Below are positions 12,601 through 26,114 of a stretch of 64,000 nucleotides of DNA, in pieces. Made by a program: the position numbers and the translations under genes. Under the pieces are notes generated by a model, which had not been told where the DNA came from, made no database searches, and worked only from the letters and a program-made list of their open reading frames with translations. The stretch comes from Styela clava. Taxonomy: Eukaryota. The DNA lies in NCBI RefSeq assembly GCF_964204865.1, contig NC_135263.1, forward strand, positions 11,284,001-11,348,000, written 5' to 3'. The number at the start of each line of letters is the position of its first letter. The first letter of the stretch is position 1.

Positions 12601-15600
12601 ATTTTTTTCCCCATGATGTTCGGTATTTCACCCCAAATTTTGCTATTATAGCACATATTGCACCATCGTGTGGCATTCCACCAAACGAGTCCACCACCTT
12701 CTCGACTAACCCGGTGTTTAACCACAGCCTTGTTGGTACAGACCGAAGTTGCTACCTTGGTGAACTTAATTTGTAATTTTAATTCGAAGCATTTAAATGA
12801 GTAGATACAAAAAAGATTTTCGCTTAAGCTACATTATCTACGCTCAGGTATTCGATCTTCGTGTTTACAGCTTAGAGATTTTTGTTTGAAAAATTCTGTA
12901 AACAACAATAACAAATTCAATAAAAGTACTTGAAGTATAGTTTAATTGGTTACAGTTACACAAATAATAATTCACCGCTGATTTAGCATAATTAACAGAT
13001 GTGAATAAACATCTGATAGCAGTTCATAACTAAAAAAATTGATAAAATTATAGAACATACTCGTCAAAATGGTTTCCATCTTTTGCAATGCAACGTCGTT
13101 TTGGTTGAACGTATTCTAATGACCATTCGTTGTGGGGAATTGCATGAATGCCGTGAACGTAAACTACTTCTCCAGCATCAATGCCCATTTCTATTTCCAT
13201 GTTTGAAACGGATATATCGAATACCTATAGAATAGAATTTTTAGTGTTGAGAAAAAAATTGCGCTATTACCGATTATTCGTGACTTCACTCACCGCTACA
13301 TCATTGTTGGATGTCAAAGCTACTTGCCGACAAAGGAAAGAATATCCACAGGAATACACATTAAATTTTGTATCATTAAACGCGTGACCAGCGCCATCAG
13401 TAACTTGCATCTCAATCGTTTGCATCTCATCAACCAAACTTGCGTATTCCACAACAAGGACATATTCTCCAGCGCTTTCGGGACTCAGTGTTGCTGAAGC
13501 TTTTCTGTTACCCTCGATTAAACTGTTTCCATCTAGAATTACCATCAATGGATGGGAAACAGATGGCTGTGCATGCCTAAAAAGTTATAAAAACGCACTG
13601 ATAATGGAGACATAAAAATAAACGAGAGAGAATGGGGTGGTTGTAAGAAAAACAGCAAAGGAGAGAAATGCAGACAGATATATCATATATGGCGAGAGAC
13701 AGAAAATGATTGTTTTGGCAGAAAAACGATTCACCTTTCTTCGTCAAGGAAATCCACCAATACGGCATGAGTTCCAGAATCCAAATTTGGGTGAGAATAC
13801 ATGATACATTCTTTCCCTGTCGATTCGGGTGTTGGTTTACAGGGTTCCGTAATTTCAGCTTGCAATATACCAGGCTCGTAGTATTCAGATGGTAGCAAGA
13901 TAAAATAGTCGATCAATAGGCCTGAAATTTTGAATAGAATATTTTTAAATCATTTTATTTATTTTCGTTTCAATATTCATATTAAGCTTTGACTGATTGA
14001 CTCATTTATTTTTAACGTACAAACGTCCGCAGCATTCTGATATTAAGTTGAAATAATCATTTTAATTTTGCATGAGCCTTTTTCTTAAATTATTATGAAC
14101 AAAAGTTTACATACCAGAATCTCCCTGAATTATAACATTCCATTGACCTCTATTCAACACAAAAACATCCTTCATAATCATCATGGTAGGAATCGGTCTC
14201 GAATCAAACACAGTTTCAAATGTTTGAGAAGAACCTAGTGATTCATCCAAATGAAAGAGGTTACTTTTGTGAGGCTTACTAAGCACACTCTTGTTCTAAT
14301 GTAAGATCACGAGCCGTCAACAAAAATTGAAAATATCATCCATAAATGAGTGACAAGAGACAGACCACTGACATTCAATGTTTTACATAGAGACATATAG
14401 CAGAATTACTAAAAAAATTCGGGGCTCCGTTAGTATGTGCACCAAGATGGCGCACAACCTGAACCGTAACCTGGTACACATACTATGTTCAGGTTGTGCG
14501 CCATCTTGGTGCGCATACTTCCAGAGCTCCAAATTTTCATGTGTATTTGTTTAATATAGAATCGCGAGTCGCCGTCAAAATAGTCGATAGGTGAGTGATA
14601 ACGGACAGATCACGAACGCCCAACGTAATGTCATTATTTACATGTTGAAAAGAAACTGTAATATGATCAAATGAATAAAGGGAGTTTGAAACAAATTCCA
14701 GTGTTTGAAATTTTTTAGCGCTGAATGTTGTTAACAAACTGCAAGGTTTAAATAGTAAATGATTAAGAAATTCCTAGTTAATTTTATCGATGTTATTTCA
14801 GACTTTAGGTTTTTAGCTGGAAGGGATAACCGATAAAAGTTTTTCATACGTTCAACCACATAATTGATAAAATTAATTTACAGGCTTACCAACTGAAGTG
14901 AGAGGTGAAATGGTAATGTTTGCAACACTACTGTCTCCCGGTTGCACATAATAGATAAGAATCCTGTACAGACCACTATTCTCTACAATCACTGGTACAT
15001 TTATCTCTGGCTGTAAAAAAAAATGTGATATTTGCCACATTGTAGTGTTTGAAGATTGATGATCCATATCTATGTCTAGGTTGAATATAATTGAAGATAA
15101 CAATGTTTTGTAATAATCTGTTCGCTTTTTAATCAGAAAGTAGTAATATTACAATAACGTAATGATTGGTATTTCATCTTTATAAAAAAACAAATTCGGT
15201 CTGACCTGAATGTCTGAAAACTCTCCATATCCTTTCATACTATAGCCTGGAAATTGCGTTTCATTGAATCCAAATCGCAAAATACTGTCATCTAATGTAA
15301 ATCCGTATTCAACTTCGTATTTATGATGAAGCAGAGTTGGGTAATAATAACCCGGTAACACACTTTGAAAAAAAACATTTACAGATTATTGACATATAAT
15401 ATTCTTATTGTCAGTTTGAAAATTTGAAAATTTGAAAAAAAAAATTAAATTTGCTAAAGTTTGCTACTTGCTATATACCGATCGATGATAAAATAAAGTG
15501 GGTTTAATCAGAATATAAATTGCTCAAAACGGAATGGGCGCTTTTACATTTGTCATGAAAATTATTCATAAACTCTGTGGTTGTAGATAGATCGCCATAT

Positions 15601-18600
15601 AACTATTATGGAAATTAGGATGCAATATTTCGCTACATATAGGTCATTATATGAAAAGGTGCAAAAAAAAGTTCACGCAATTCTCCAAATTCAAGGCTCG
15701 GTTTGACTTGAAAAAATCTTTATTGCGTCATAAAGATACAAGAAGAAAGCTGATCAAGACTAAACACCTGTCACATTGGCGTCCTGATACTCCTAACTTG
15801 CATCGACATTGCCCATCTACTGAATCACAATTTTCGTTCACAGCGCCTCCAGGATCGCACTCACAACCTGAGCAACCAAAATAATGCTTTTCCTCCAAGC
15901 CAAAAAAGCCTGAATCACACAAAGAACATCTTTGGCTGTTTGTGTAAGTTTTGCACCAGCAATCACCGTCCTATAATTGAAATTAATACAAATACCAATC
16001 GACTAAAAATCTACGATATATTCGTAAACTCCAAAGAAAATTACCGCAAAGTTACACGCCGCCACGCCATCCAGCGTCCCTTGGAGTAAACAATTGCAGT
16101 CAACGCATCCGGAGTTCAAGTCATAGTGCAAAGGCGCACATTGGTCGCAGTATTTACCAATAACATTTTCTTTGCAGTCGCACTGGCCCTTTATAAAATA
16201 ATATGAGTAACAAGGAACAGCGTATGGTAAGCTGTGAAATCGTAACGTGAATTCCATATTATCAACTCACTATAGTGAATGCGAGGCATTCTCTTGATAT
16301 AAATGCCTTTATCCCTCTCCTGTCGCATTTACAATCTTCACATTCGGGAAAATTAAAATACTCTGGAGCGCATTGATCACACCGAGTGCCAACAACGAAG
16401 CTTGTGCATGTACATTCTCCAGTTTGCTGGTCACAAGTAGTGCGACGTGATCCTCGGAGATCGCAATTACACGGAATGCAGTTTGGATAGCTTAATTAAT
16501 TATAAAGAATTGCATTTAGTAAACATTTTCACTTCAACAGTTTAAGACGGATGATCATTGCATTGTAATGGTATATCACAGCCCGTCAATATAAGTCTGC
16601 GAGATTAAATCTTAGGCGTCGCAAATTTTGAAAATAGAACAGTTTATTTACTTTCCTATCAATCAACATGTTAATTCAGATTCTGATCTGGCCATTAGGA
16701 CCATTTCATGAAAAAGTAACAGATAAACTTCAGTTCTGTGACATCCATATAAATTACGGGATTCTAACCCGACTTGTTGAACAAATTAGTAACCTTTCGA
16801 ATATGGTTTTAGTTGGTGTAGGCCTACTTACAAGTTTATTCACGGCGCGCTTGAAGTCAACATGACTAAAAATATCAAACTTTGCATGAAGGTCATGTAC
16901 GTCAACATGTTTTGGAAATTCAATTATGAATATATTAAGACCAAAATAATGGTTGGTTATTAGACATGGGCTACATTTATGTAAGATGTCACTAAATATA
17001 ATGAAAAACAGCAAAACGAAAATACATTACTTGTAAAACTCTGGTACACATTCGTCGCATTTTAATCCTTGGTAGTTGGGAAGGCAATCACATCTCCCAA
17101 TCTCAGCATCACATAAATTGCTTGTACTTCCAGTGCTTGAGCACTCGCATTCTGCAGAAAAATCAAAAATATATTTTGCATCATTTCAGTTCCTCATTAC
17201 CATAATATTTGCTCACGCTGAGCTAGCATTTGGAACGTGTTCCGCTATTATTCAACGAAGATTGCCATATATATTTTTAATAATAAGACACACCTTTACA
17301 TTGTGGAAAATCAAAATACCCCAATATGCATTGGTTGCAAGAATCGCCAGTAACTAACTCTGTGCACAAGCATTCTCCGGTTTTCGGGTTACAAATCTAA
17401 ATAAAAATGAAGTAATGATTGAAATAGAAGTATAAATATAAGGGTAGGGAGTTTATTAACCATGTCAGGGAGATATATATACGAATTCACCTGTTCTGTA
17501 GTAAAGGTTGTCAAGCACGCACAACTTTGACAAAACGGGTAATCGTAATATCCTGGAGCGCACTGATCACAATCAAGTCCTCCGAATCCCTCTTCACAAT
17601 CGCATTGGCCAGTGTATTGATCACAATGCGTACTCGTGGCCCCTTCTCCAGTACAAGCGCATACTGTGAAAAACAAAATAGTTTAGTATCGAAAGTTTAA
17701 CTGCAGTAATCAAAAACGACTGTGTAAAACGAGATGGACTGAGCCCTAAAAATTAGCTATCGGAACTTTTTATTGGCAGCTACCAGAAAGAATTTGACCC
17801 AAAATGTTGGTTTTAAAAATTTGAAACGGTTTGCACGAGTCAACTCGCGAAAATACTCTTGAAAAAGTTCGCAATTTCGGAGTACTTTTCTGGGGTCAAG
17901 GGTCGGGAAACATTCACCAAGTGGCTGCAAGGTTTCATTCCATATTCGTAAAGGAAAATGCTTGCAGACAACTCTTTAAAATTCGAGAGTGATGGTATTT
18001 TGAAAAATCGATAAATTTTATATAATGAACGTTCATAAAGGAACTTCCAGTAGTGAAATGTAGACTACAAGTCTCCAGCAACCTTTATTCGTCCACTACC
18101 AATGTCGCATAGGCATAGAAATCATCATGACTGTATTTATCGTATTACCAAGGACTAGTCTGTGAGTTAGCCTATGCCTACGTACTGGAGGGTATGACAA
18201 ATGTATAATGTTCTTTCGCCTTCTATATTAGCAGTCTACTCACGAATACAGTCGGGAAAGTTGTAGAATCCTGCAGCGCACTCGTCGCAGTACATTCCAG
18301 CATAGTTGTACTTGCAAGGACAGGCGTCGTGTACAGGAAGGCAGACGTTGTCTCGTGTACCGTTGTAAAAGCACGGGCAAGCTGAATGGTAAAATCGTGT
18401 TCATATTTTCAAACCACTGTTTTTCTATTCTAAATTATGCATGCTATAGGTTTAATCGCGTAATTCGATAGTCGATAGTTCGAAATAGTGCATGACTAAC
18501 TTCCGTATAGACTGGATACAGTTCGGCAAAATCGTCTAGTTTCCGGGGATTACGGGTTCACAATATAAGTTAATTGATCTTACGTGGGCATTCCGGAAAC

Positions 18601-21600
18601 AAGTGATAGCCTGTTGCACATCTGTCACATCTATCCCCCTCGTATTGCTGTTGACAGTAGCAGCGACCCGTTTCTGACTCACAAGTTCCAACCGTAAATG
18701 CGCTGTCACATTCACATGCTACAAAAGAGAAATTTTTGTTGTCTGCAGATATTCTCGAATATGATGAAAGGTTATACAATATATATACATTTATAAACGA
18801 ATACAATTCTAAGGAAATTTAATCTAAATATCTCAAAATACCAAAGGATCTGAATAAGACGAAATGATGTGGTAATAAATGTCAATATGTTGTTTTAATT
18901 AAGTCGACGGTTAGATTTCTCGATCTCACTGACCGATTAATACATGATTCTGCTCATGAAAAATTACAGACAAGATGAGTTAATAGCGTTTTATTCCAGT
19001 ATCTTTATGGGTCATAGTGATATCAAATTGTTCATCTAATTCTAATACGTAATTTAGCTCTTGTTTGAAATACATTGAACTTACATCTACACCCGTTAGG
19101 ATCTCTTAGATCGACATCTGCCGGTCTGTAATAGCCATCCATGCACTGCTCACAGTTTATTCCGGCAGTGAAGTGGGAACAATTTTGGCACACTCCGCCT
19201 CCTTCGTAATTCCCATTCATGTCCAAAGATTGTCTACGAATAGCTACTTGCTCGTCGTAATAACATTGATAGCTGTGCCCATGGCAGTTACAGGCTAAAA
19301 AAAAAATTCGATGCTTTTCTATGGATCAACTTTGCAAATATATGTTATTCTACCAGAAACTTGAACAATTATTAGTAGATCGCAAATGAAAAAATATGCA
19401 AATTAAATTTCCTGCATTTCTTCACTAAATCGTGTCAAAAATTAACTATTTTATAGCCCAAAGTTTCGCTGTGTTTAGTCAACATCTATTCGAATACATA
19501 TATTCAAAATCACTATATTCCAAGTTCAGAAAAACCACTTGCTAATTTAAATTACCTTCGCATTGATTTGAACTTTCCGGCACTGCAGCTTTCCATTCTC
19601 TTTGAAAATAGCCTGGGCAACAATACTCACAGCTATTTCCACAGGTGTTGTGTCGACATTCACATTTAAGCCTATATAAATGGTATGGTTCCATTACAAT
19701 TGAACCCACGTACATTTGAACCCGTAATTTGAACCCACGACAATTACACCTGCATACTATTGCACCTATGGAAATTTATTTTTTACGAATATTCGAATAT
19801 TCGAACCCATACTAACCCTAACCCATGGAGCTTAGCACTCTCATATAGATTGAAACCGCGGATATACGGGTGCAAATGTATGCGTTCAAATGTACATGGG
19901 TTCAAATGTACGATCACCAAATTGTATAAATGAGGCAAAATAAGAATTCATCTTGAACATGAATCCGGTAAAATTGTAAATACAACAAAAGGTTAAAAAA
20001 ACAAGAGTAGGTTTATGGTATTTTTTTTTTAATTTTTCCACTTTTTATCAATCGAAATTAAAATATTGTCATCATCTATCATCATGCACTACGAACGTGA
20101 AATTCAAATAACGATTTTTTAAGATGGGTTATAAATCCATGCTGTCTTACTTGTATTTATTTGCAGGATCAGACAAGCACGTATCAGCATGGCCATGGCA
20201 AACACACCGACCTCCAATGCTGATGTCTTTGATACTGTAAAAATACTGAAAAGAAACAATTTTACAGGATTTGCAAAACATGGAATATCAAATTCACAAA
20301 TAATTTTTTAAAAACTAAATACCCTTCTTGTAACGGTTGGATCTTGTCTTTGAACAGCCATCAGGTGTCCGAGGAGCGTCTTCGTCCGAAGTAGTCTTAA
20401 CCTCACATCGGTGGCTTTGCTCCATTCTTGCAGAACTGGGGAGTGAGAGAAATTTCTAGCGCCTGGGCGACGATTTACCATAGAAACAATGACCTGGAAC
20501 AAATTTTGTAAATTTATCCCCAAATAGTAGTTTCGTTCACGCTAAAACAATATCATACCTCGCCACGTTCCAACGGAACAACATCTGAATACTCGGATGT
20601 ACAAATAACGGTATCATCGCTTGTAATCTCTTCAAATGCATCGATGCCAAACAGGTTATAACAATCGCTGTTGCTATTGGCAAAATATTGCCAAGGTTGG
20701 AAGGTTTTACCGTGATCAGACGATCGTTCCAAAACCCAAGTACCCGCTCTGGGTGAGTTTGCAAACTTGATTATGGCATATGCAACATGAAACACCTGTT
20801 ACAAAAATGTTAATTATGAATCGCCAGGTTATTTGTTATGCAATTTTTCAAAAACCCGCTGTTTTTTGACTTTGGTGGAAGCAATATTAACTGGAAACAA
20901 TTGTCATCAATTGACCTGTAAAGAACAGGAAGCCATTGCTTTATTTTCTAATTATATATCGAGCGCCAATATCGTTATGTTGTACTCATACAAACTCTAT
21001 AAGCAGACCCTCTGCTGTTGTTTCAAATGATCACAGATCCTAAAAATCTTTTACTTTAAACGAAATTATATAAACTCACCTGTCCTAGGTGTAATGTGAT
21101 GTTTATTTTATTAAATTCATTCCCTTGAGACAGTGGCGGACTTTGCCACCATTTTTCAGTTCCATCTATCGCGTATTTAATTGGATGGGACTTTGTTGTA
21201 TCGTTGGCGTCACACATGTCACAGAACTGGCCTTGGCGTAAATTTTCGTTGTATAGAAATTCGTTCGGACCTCCAGTTAACTTACAGAACATTTGTTCGC
21301 CATGTTCACCACACGTTGCAGTCGATTCAATTTCTTTTCCTGTGAAATAAAGGTCGCAAAAAAGGTATTTACTGAGGATATCACGATGTTTCTTGTCTGA
21401 TGGAGATTTTAACTTCTAACAACAAATCTCACTACTACTCCATAATTCGGTCGAATCCATGAGATCCAATATAACGTCGAATTTAAATTAAAAAATTGTT
21501 TTAAAACGAACAAATGCAAACGGTAATTTACCAACTATTGCTTAAATTTTCAATAATAGCCAGCATACCAGTAGCAATGTTGAAGTAAGGAGGAGTTAGT

Positions 21601-21686
21601 ACATTTGGTTCTTTCGGTACCCTCAGTTGTCCTTCGGTCTTGTCCCAGTTTGCTGCAACAAGAAGCAGCACTGACAACCACAACAT
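635..21686 (-). CDS. Laminin subunit alpha (alpha3/alpha5-like), gene B, tandem paralogue; 3' end unresolved
   Basis: Exons: 21686-21569 (signal peptide [12 protein letters not shown]), 21339-21080, 20795-20559, 20493-20323, 20245-20151, 19671-19556, 19294-19085, 18718-18584, 18381-18244, 17663-17491, 17396-17294, 17151-17031, 16490-16271, 16188-16045, 15970-15768, 15362-15206, 15010-14890, 14234-14115, 13921-13735, 13576-13294, 13224-13061, 12448-12281, 11962-11751, 11384-11257, 10762-10625, 10086-9961, 9639-9440, 8634-8478, 8127-7985, 7427-7157, 6452-6359, 6147-5956, 5588-5428, 4916-4778, 3978-3811, 3243-3040, 2548-2372, 2115-1978, 1559-1408, 787-635. Most exon lengths equal those of gene A or differ by multiples of 3, and no frameshift was seen. 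Confidence 0.92.
1801..1887. repeat. Tandem acatttgcaccc units, same family as 19686-19918 (one arm only)
   Basis: About five copies of an (ac)atttgcaccc-like unit, mostly at about 15-bp spacing. Confidence 0.6.
2667..2890 (-). mobile_element. Possible tRNA-derived SINE in a gene B intron
   Basis: The minus strand has an A-box-like GGTTGGCGCATCGTG near 2868-2882 and a B-box GTTCGAATCC at 2810-2801 in a GC-richer island. No complete cloverleaf is evident. Confidence 0.45.
14414..14537. mobile_element. Short hairpin MITE-like element in a gene B intron
   Basis: 33-bp arms agtatgtgcaccaagatggcgcacaacctgaac (14432-14464) and gttcaggttgtgcgccatcttggtgcgcatact (14487-14519) with one mismatch, plus looser outer arms aaaattcggggctc and gagctccaaatttt. 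Confidence 0.7.
19686..19918. mobile_element. Foldback/MITE-like element with internally repetitive inverted ends
   Basis: The left end has tandem units of about 15 bp (acatttgaaccc-like). The right end has the reverse complement (gggtgcaaatgta, gggttcaaatgta). An aaccctaaccc run lies in the middle. Confidence 0.65.
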
Positions 21687-24520
21687 TTTGCAGTAGAGTG
21701 CTTCACTATTTTGTTTTATAAATAATAAAAAGATAGAATTATGAATTACTCATATAATTTATTTCGATTAGATTTATTGCGACTCCTTTTCAAATGTTGT
21801 ATAATAAATGAATGGAAAATAGTCAAGTAGTTTTCCGATGCTAATTGCCTTGGCATAACAATCGCGACTATTTTTCGTTTCTGTTAATTGGACCGCTTCC
21901 AAATACTCCCAAAAGTAACTATCACTGTGAGATACGTATATGTCTGATGATATCAAATTCTAAGTATTTCGTAACAAATATGAAACGCAAGTGCTGCTGC
22001 TACATTAAGAGTATAATCACACAGTTTTCTAATTGACCTGAATGCCTTGCCTTTTTTGTATTTGAATGCTTGACTCCCAATAATAACTGTACTATTCCAT
22101 AACGCCAAGAAAAACTTAAGTCCTTCTTTTCGAAATTGCAAACGGGCATGACGACTATTGATATCCAAGATTTTCTTTATTTACGTTATCTTACAGGCTG
22201 CAAACCCTCCGATAACTCTTCCACTGAATGCTGATTTTTCTATCGAACAGTACTTTGGAAAGGCAGAAAAATCACTAGTGAGATACACGCACAAGTCGCG
22301 TCATTTCTCTTGCTACGTCGCCTCATTTCACCCAACAACTTCCTAAAATTTACTTCCTGAAGTGCAAAAACCATACCTATAAACATGCTAATCAAAAATG
22401 TGTTGGCCTACTTTAATTGTTATTTGTGTTCAAAAATGAAAAAGGCATATGTGTCCGTAGGAATCCAGAATTTTTTTTTATCGAATAAAAAAGCGTCCCT
22501 TTATAATAATATTTAGCCAATATAAACCAAATTGAGTTGTTGGTTCTTTACATTTGACGGGCGTAGACACAACCGTACTGGCTGGCGATAGAAACATCAT
22601 CTTTATTACTCACAATTTTACAGAAATGAAATGGCGCCATTCTGTTTTGAGGACAGTTTCCAATCAAACTATATATTTCGGCAATCGGTTAGTAGTAAGT
22701 TTAATTCTTCTATTTTTTATTAGGCGAAGTTTATAACGTGAAATAAATTGTTATTATTGTTATTATTATTTGCTCCAAAATGCCAAAGTTTCGAATATCG
22801 TGGGACTAAATAATTTCACTTTTACTATATCACTCTCAAAATCAGATATATATAAAAGCTAATGTAAAAAATAATTTTTTGGACAATTCAGGATGTCTAA
22901 CAAAGCCTTAAAAATGACTAAGAGGGTCCTAATACAGATTTCTTTATTGCGTACAAATTTGCTCGATATAAAAGAAAGGAATGAAGAAATTCAAGTCAAT
23001 ATGAACTAAGAAAAGAACCTTTTTTACAACCAGTTAAACAAAATTACGAGAAAAATAGAATCACACAGTTTTACTGAGTAAGGAAAGCGGCGGGCAACCA
23101 AAGCTAGTTATCAACACTCAGGGTTCTCATACCTAATTGAATCAATCAGATAAAGAGTTCATAAACCACAAGTACCTTTATCTTTCCCCGCTCAAAATTG
23201 CATTCGATAATATAGAATTATCAAAGTTCTGTTATGTCGCAGATTTCACAGTCATACTGAAAGAGAGAATTGATTATTATTAATAACAATCTAGTCTTGT
23301 CTTCATTGATTAAAAGTTTGAACTGGAATGCAGGGCTCAATCTTATCAGAACTTAGGTGACTGTTTGGTGGCCATCCAGTGAAATTCATATTGTCGTTAG
23401 GGCTAGGCATTTCGAATCGAATAGTAAATTAATCGAATCGGTTCAGACAAAAATTTCAAATTTTCGAACTCAATTTTCAATGTGGAGCCATATTTCAAAA
23501 TGCTATTTTGCCATAAGACTTTTTCTTCCCTGTGAGTTATTGATGAAACATGTTTGTTATCGTGTGTGATAACTCGGCAAAATGACTGAATGACATATTA
23601 TGTTTGACTGACTGGCTGACTATGACAGATCGACTGGCTACGTTTTCAGGTATTTGTATGTCTACTCTGGAGGACCTGCCCATTACAATACGCCACATAC
23701 AATTGCATCCTTCAAATATGAACCTTAAACCGGAAAACGTAGGTCTTCAGGAGTCTTGGGGGTTTCAGAAGAGCTTCAAGCTACGGACTTAAACTTTACT
23801 TTTTCCGGATTTCTCCCAATCAATCGCGTGTAGCTCAATATCAATTCTAGCCCTTTTAATGTCTTTATATGCCAGGGGTGGCAAACCTTTTTCAATAAAT
23901 GGGTCAAAAATTATATTTTTATCGCGGAACAGAAGAGAGTGGGTCACAGATATTTAATCAATGTTTGTATATATAAGAAACTTCTAAAACAAATCTTATA
24001 CGCTTCTGTTGGTGTAGTTTTGGGCTTGTCAAAGCGGCACTTCTATCAGGGACTTATTATGGCGCTCGAATTTATGAAATTAGAGTACGAAAACAGGCAT
24101 ATGAATTACCAAAAACATTTAGGCAAATTATTGATGCGGCAAACTATTTTACGGTTCCAAAGAGTTTGGAGGGAATTCCACTCTGATAGTGTTATATTTT
24201 TCGATCAGCTCTCAACCACATTAAGGCACTTTCACACTGCTCCATTGATATTTTAAATTTCTGGGTTTTTATTCCAAGTCTGAAAGATTTTTTTTTTCAA
24301 CGGCATTGTAGGCTAGAAACTAGCAAAATGCAAAGTAGCATCTAGTTCTCGTATAACCCCTAAAAACAGTCTGCAGATGCATATCCGAAAAAAATAAGAC
24401 GTTGCGAGAAATTAACTGATCAATTGCATTGTTATGTCATAAACGATGTCAGAGCCAATAGCTAAATATTGGTACACAGCAGTGTAGAAATGCGTCAAGA
24501 CTTGAGGGTTTTGAAAATTG

Positions 24521-24903
24521 CCAGACAGGCCCGAAAATTAACAATTTGAATATATATGAGTGATCGCAGCCCCAACTGACGGTACCTTATAATAGTTTAC
24601 TAGATTAAGTTGAGGCCGGTTTTGTATGATTTTTCATTTTATTCGTGTCTTGGCTTGGTGGGCAACAAATAAAACGCGGTGGGTCACAAAGGGCCAGTGG
24701 TTCGCCATCCCAGACAGGCCCGGAATTAACCATTTGAATATATGTGAGTGATCGCAGCCCCAACTGACGGTACCTTATAATAGTTTAGTTTACTAGATTT
24801 AGTTGAGGCCGGTTTTGTATGATTTTTCCTTCTATTCGTGTCTTGGCTTGGTGGGCAACGAATAAAACGCGGTGGATCACAAAGGGCCAGTGGTTCGCCA
24901 TCC
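24521..24903. repeat. Near-identical direct tandem duplication of about 190 bp
   Basis: Unit 1 (24521-24709) and unit 2 (24710-24903) both run ccagacaggccc...gatcgcagccccaactgacggtacc...cacaaagggccagtggttcgccatcc. Confidence 0.9.
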
Positions 24904-25025
24904 CTCCACCTAAAAAAAAGTTTTATGCACAAAAGGACTGCTGTCTTGTTTGATACCCATACTGAACTACAATCCGAAGCAGAAGTAAACTTGAATCAAG
25001 AAAACCAAATAGTATTGAGATTAGG

Positions 25026-25031
25026 TTTATT
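25026..25031 (-). terminator. Putative poly(A) signal for the membrane isoform of gene A
   Basis: AATAAA on the minus strand about 270 nt after the stop at 25299. The hexamer is common in AT-rich DNA. Confidence 0.4.
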
Positions 25032-25298
25032 AGAAATCACTGACAACGAAAGATATCATCGCAGGGCCAACTTAACAAACATACTGTAAACCATAACAAA
25101 CTGTTAAAAAAACATATCCTTAGTTAATTAAAATGTGTCACATGTGGGAACGGCTCACAATACAACATTAAGACGCCTAGCGTTCGTAGGTAAATTATTA
25201 TCAGCCATCATATTTAATCACAAGAAGCGTGCTTAAGTACAAAACACATACATATAGTATCATACAAAATATTTACATTTCACAATATCATGGATCAA

Positions 25299-26114
25299 TT
25301 ACCAATCCATTTGAGCAACGCGCTGAGCTTGAACATCATTTAGAGGTGCTTGTTCCATTGGTGGAGGAGGTGGATTTGCTGGAACCGAGCCGGCCCCACC
25401 TGCAAACAAGCCCCCTTTCATGACCGCAGACACAACGGCAGCAAAAAGAACCACGCCTACAATAACTCCGATAATGATGAGAATGGCTGGTACAACACTG
25501 GAGGATGCCACATCATCTTCAGCAAAATTTTGAGCCTCTTCTTTTGGATCACCATAAGCCTCTGCTTTTAGTTCTCCAGGTACATCATCTTCGACTGATA
25601 TAGGTTCATCAGCTGTTTCAGTGTCGTCCGATTCTATGTCAGCGTTGCTCCCTACTTGTTCATTTTCGTTCTTTAAAGTTTCACCAACAACCTCTTTCGA
25701 ATTTTCCATTTCTATATCAACTTCTTTGATATCAATTACTTCATCACCCATGCCAGTTTCTTCTTCCAGAACAATCTCGACATTTTCTTCTTTGATTTTC
25801 AGTTTTGGATCTTCAAGTGGTGGATCAACAACAACTGTTTCTTTAAGTATGTCTATCGATACTTTCTCATTTGGTTTATCGTTGGCAACTGGTTTTTCAG
25901 AATTTATCATTGAATCATCGAGATTACCAATTTCTTTACTGCTAACATCTGCATTCTTATCCATCAGTCCTGTATCCGTATCATCAAGTTTTCCATCAGA
26001 TTTTAAAACCGCTTCATCAGGATCATCAGGTACATAGATGAGACGTGCATCTTCTATATCGAAAGTACGCGGCGGTCGTACTTCTTCAGTTTCAACCACT
26101 GGTTCCTCCACACC
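25299..26114 (-). CDS. Alternative terminal exon of gene A: acidic stalk, transmembrane helix and Pro-rich cytoplasmic tail
   Basis: Acceptor ttttgaag|GGTGTGGAG at 26114 is phase 0 and in the frame of ORF 25299-26162. It matches the phase-0 internal donor GATGAG|gtacca at 27954. The exon encodes about 205 aa of D/E/V/K-rich sequence, then VVPAILIIIGVIVGVVLFAAVVSAVM (about 25419-25496), then KGGLFAGGAGSVPANPPPPPMEQAPLNDVQAQRVAQMDW*. It has no ATG-led signal peptide of its own. Confidence 0.8.
   Translation of the reverse strand, partial: GVEEPVVETEEVRPPRTFDIEDARLIYVPDDPDEAVLKSDGKLDDTDTGLMDKNADVSSKEIGNLDDSMINSEKPVANDKPNEKVSIDILKETVVVDPPLEDPKLKIKEENVEIVLEEETGMGDEVIDIKEVDIEMENSKEVVGETLKNENEQVGSNADIESDDTETADEPISVEDDVPGELKAEAYGDPKEEAQNFAEDDVASSSVVPAILIIIGVIVGVVLFAAVVSAVMKGGLFAGGAGSVPANPPPPPMEQAPLNDVQAQRVAQMDW

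Noticed and set aside
19800-19825. Telomere-like aaccctaaccc
   Set aside because: Only about two units, inside a foldback element.
25621-26037. 138-aa Ser-rich plus-strand ORF
   Set aside because: Antisense shadow of the Glu/Asp-rich TM exon (GAA/GAT codons read as TTC/ATC/TCx on the other strand).
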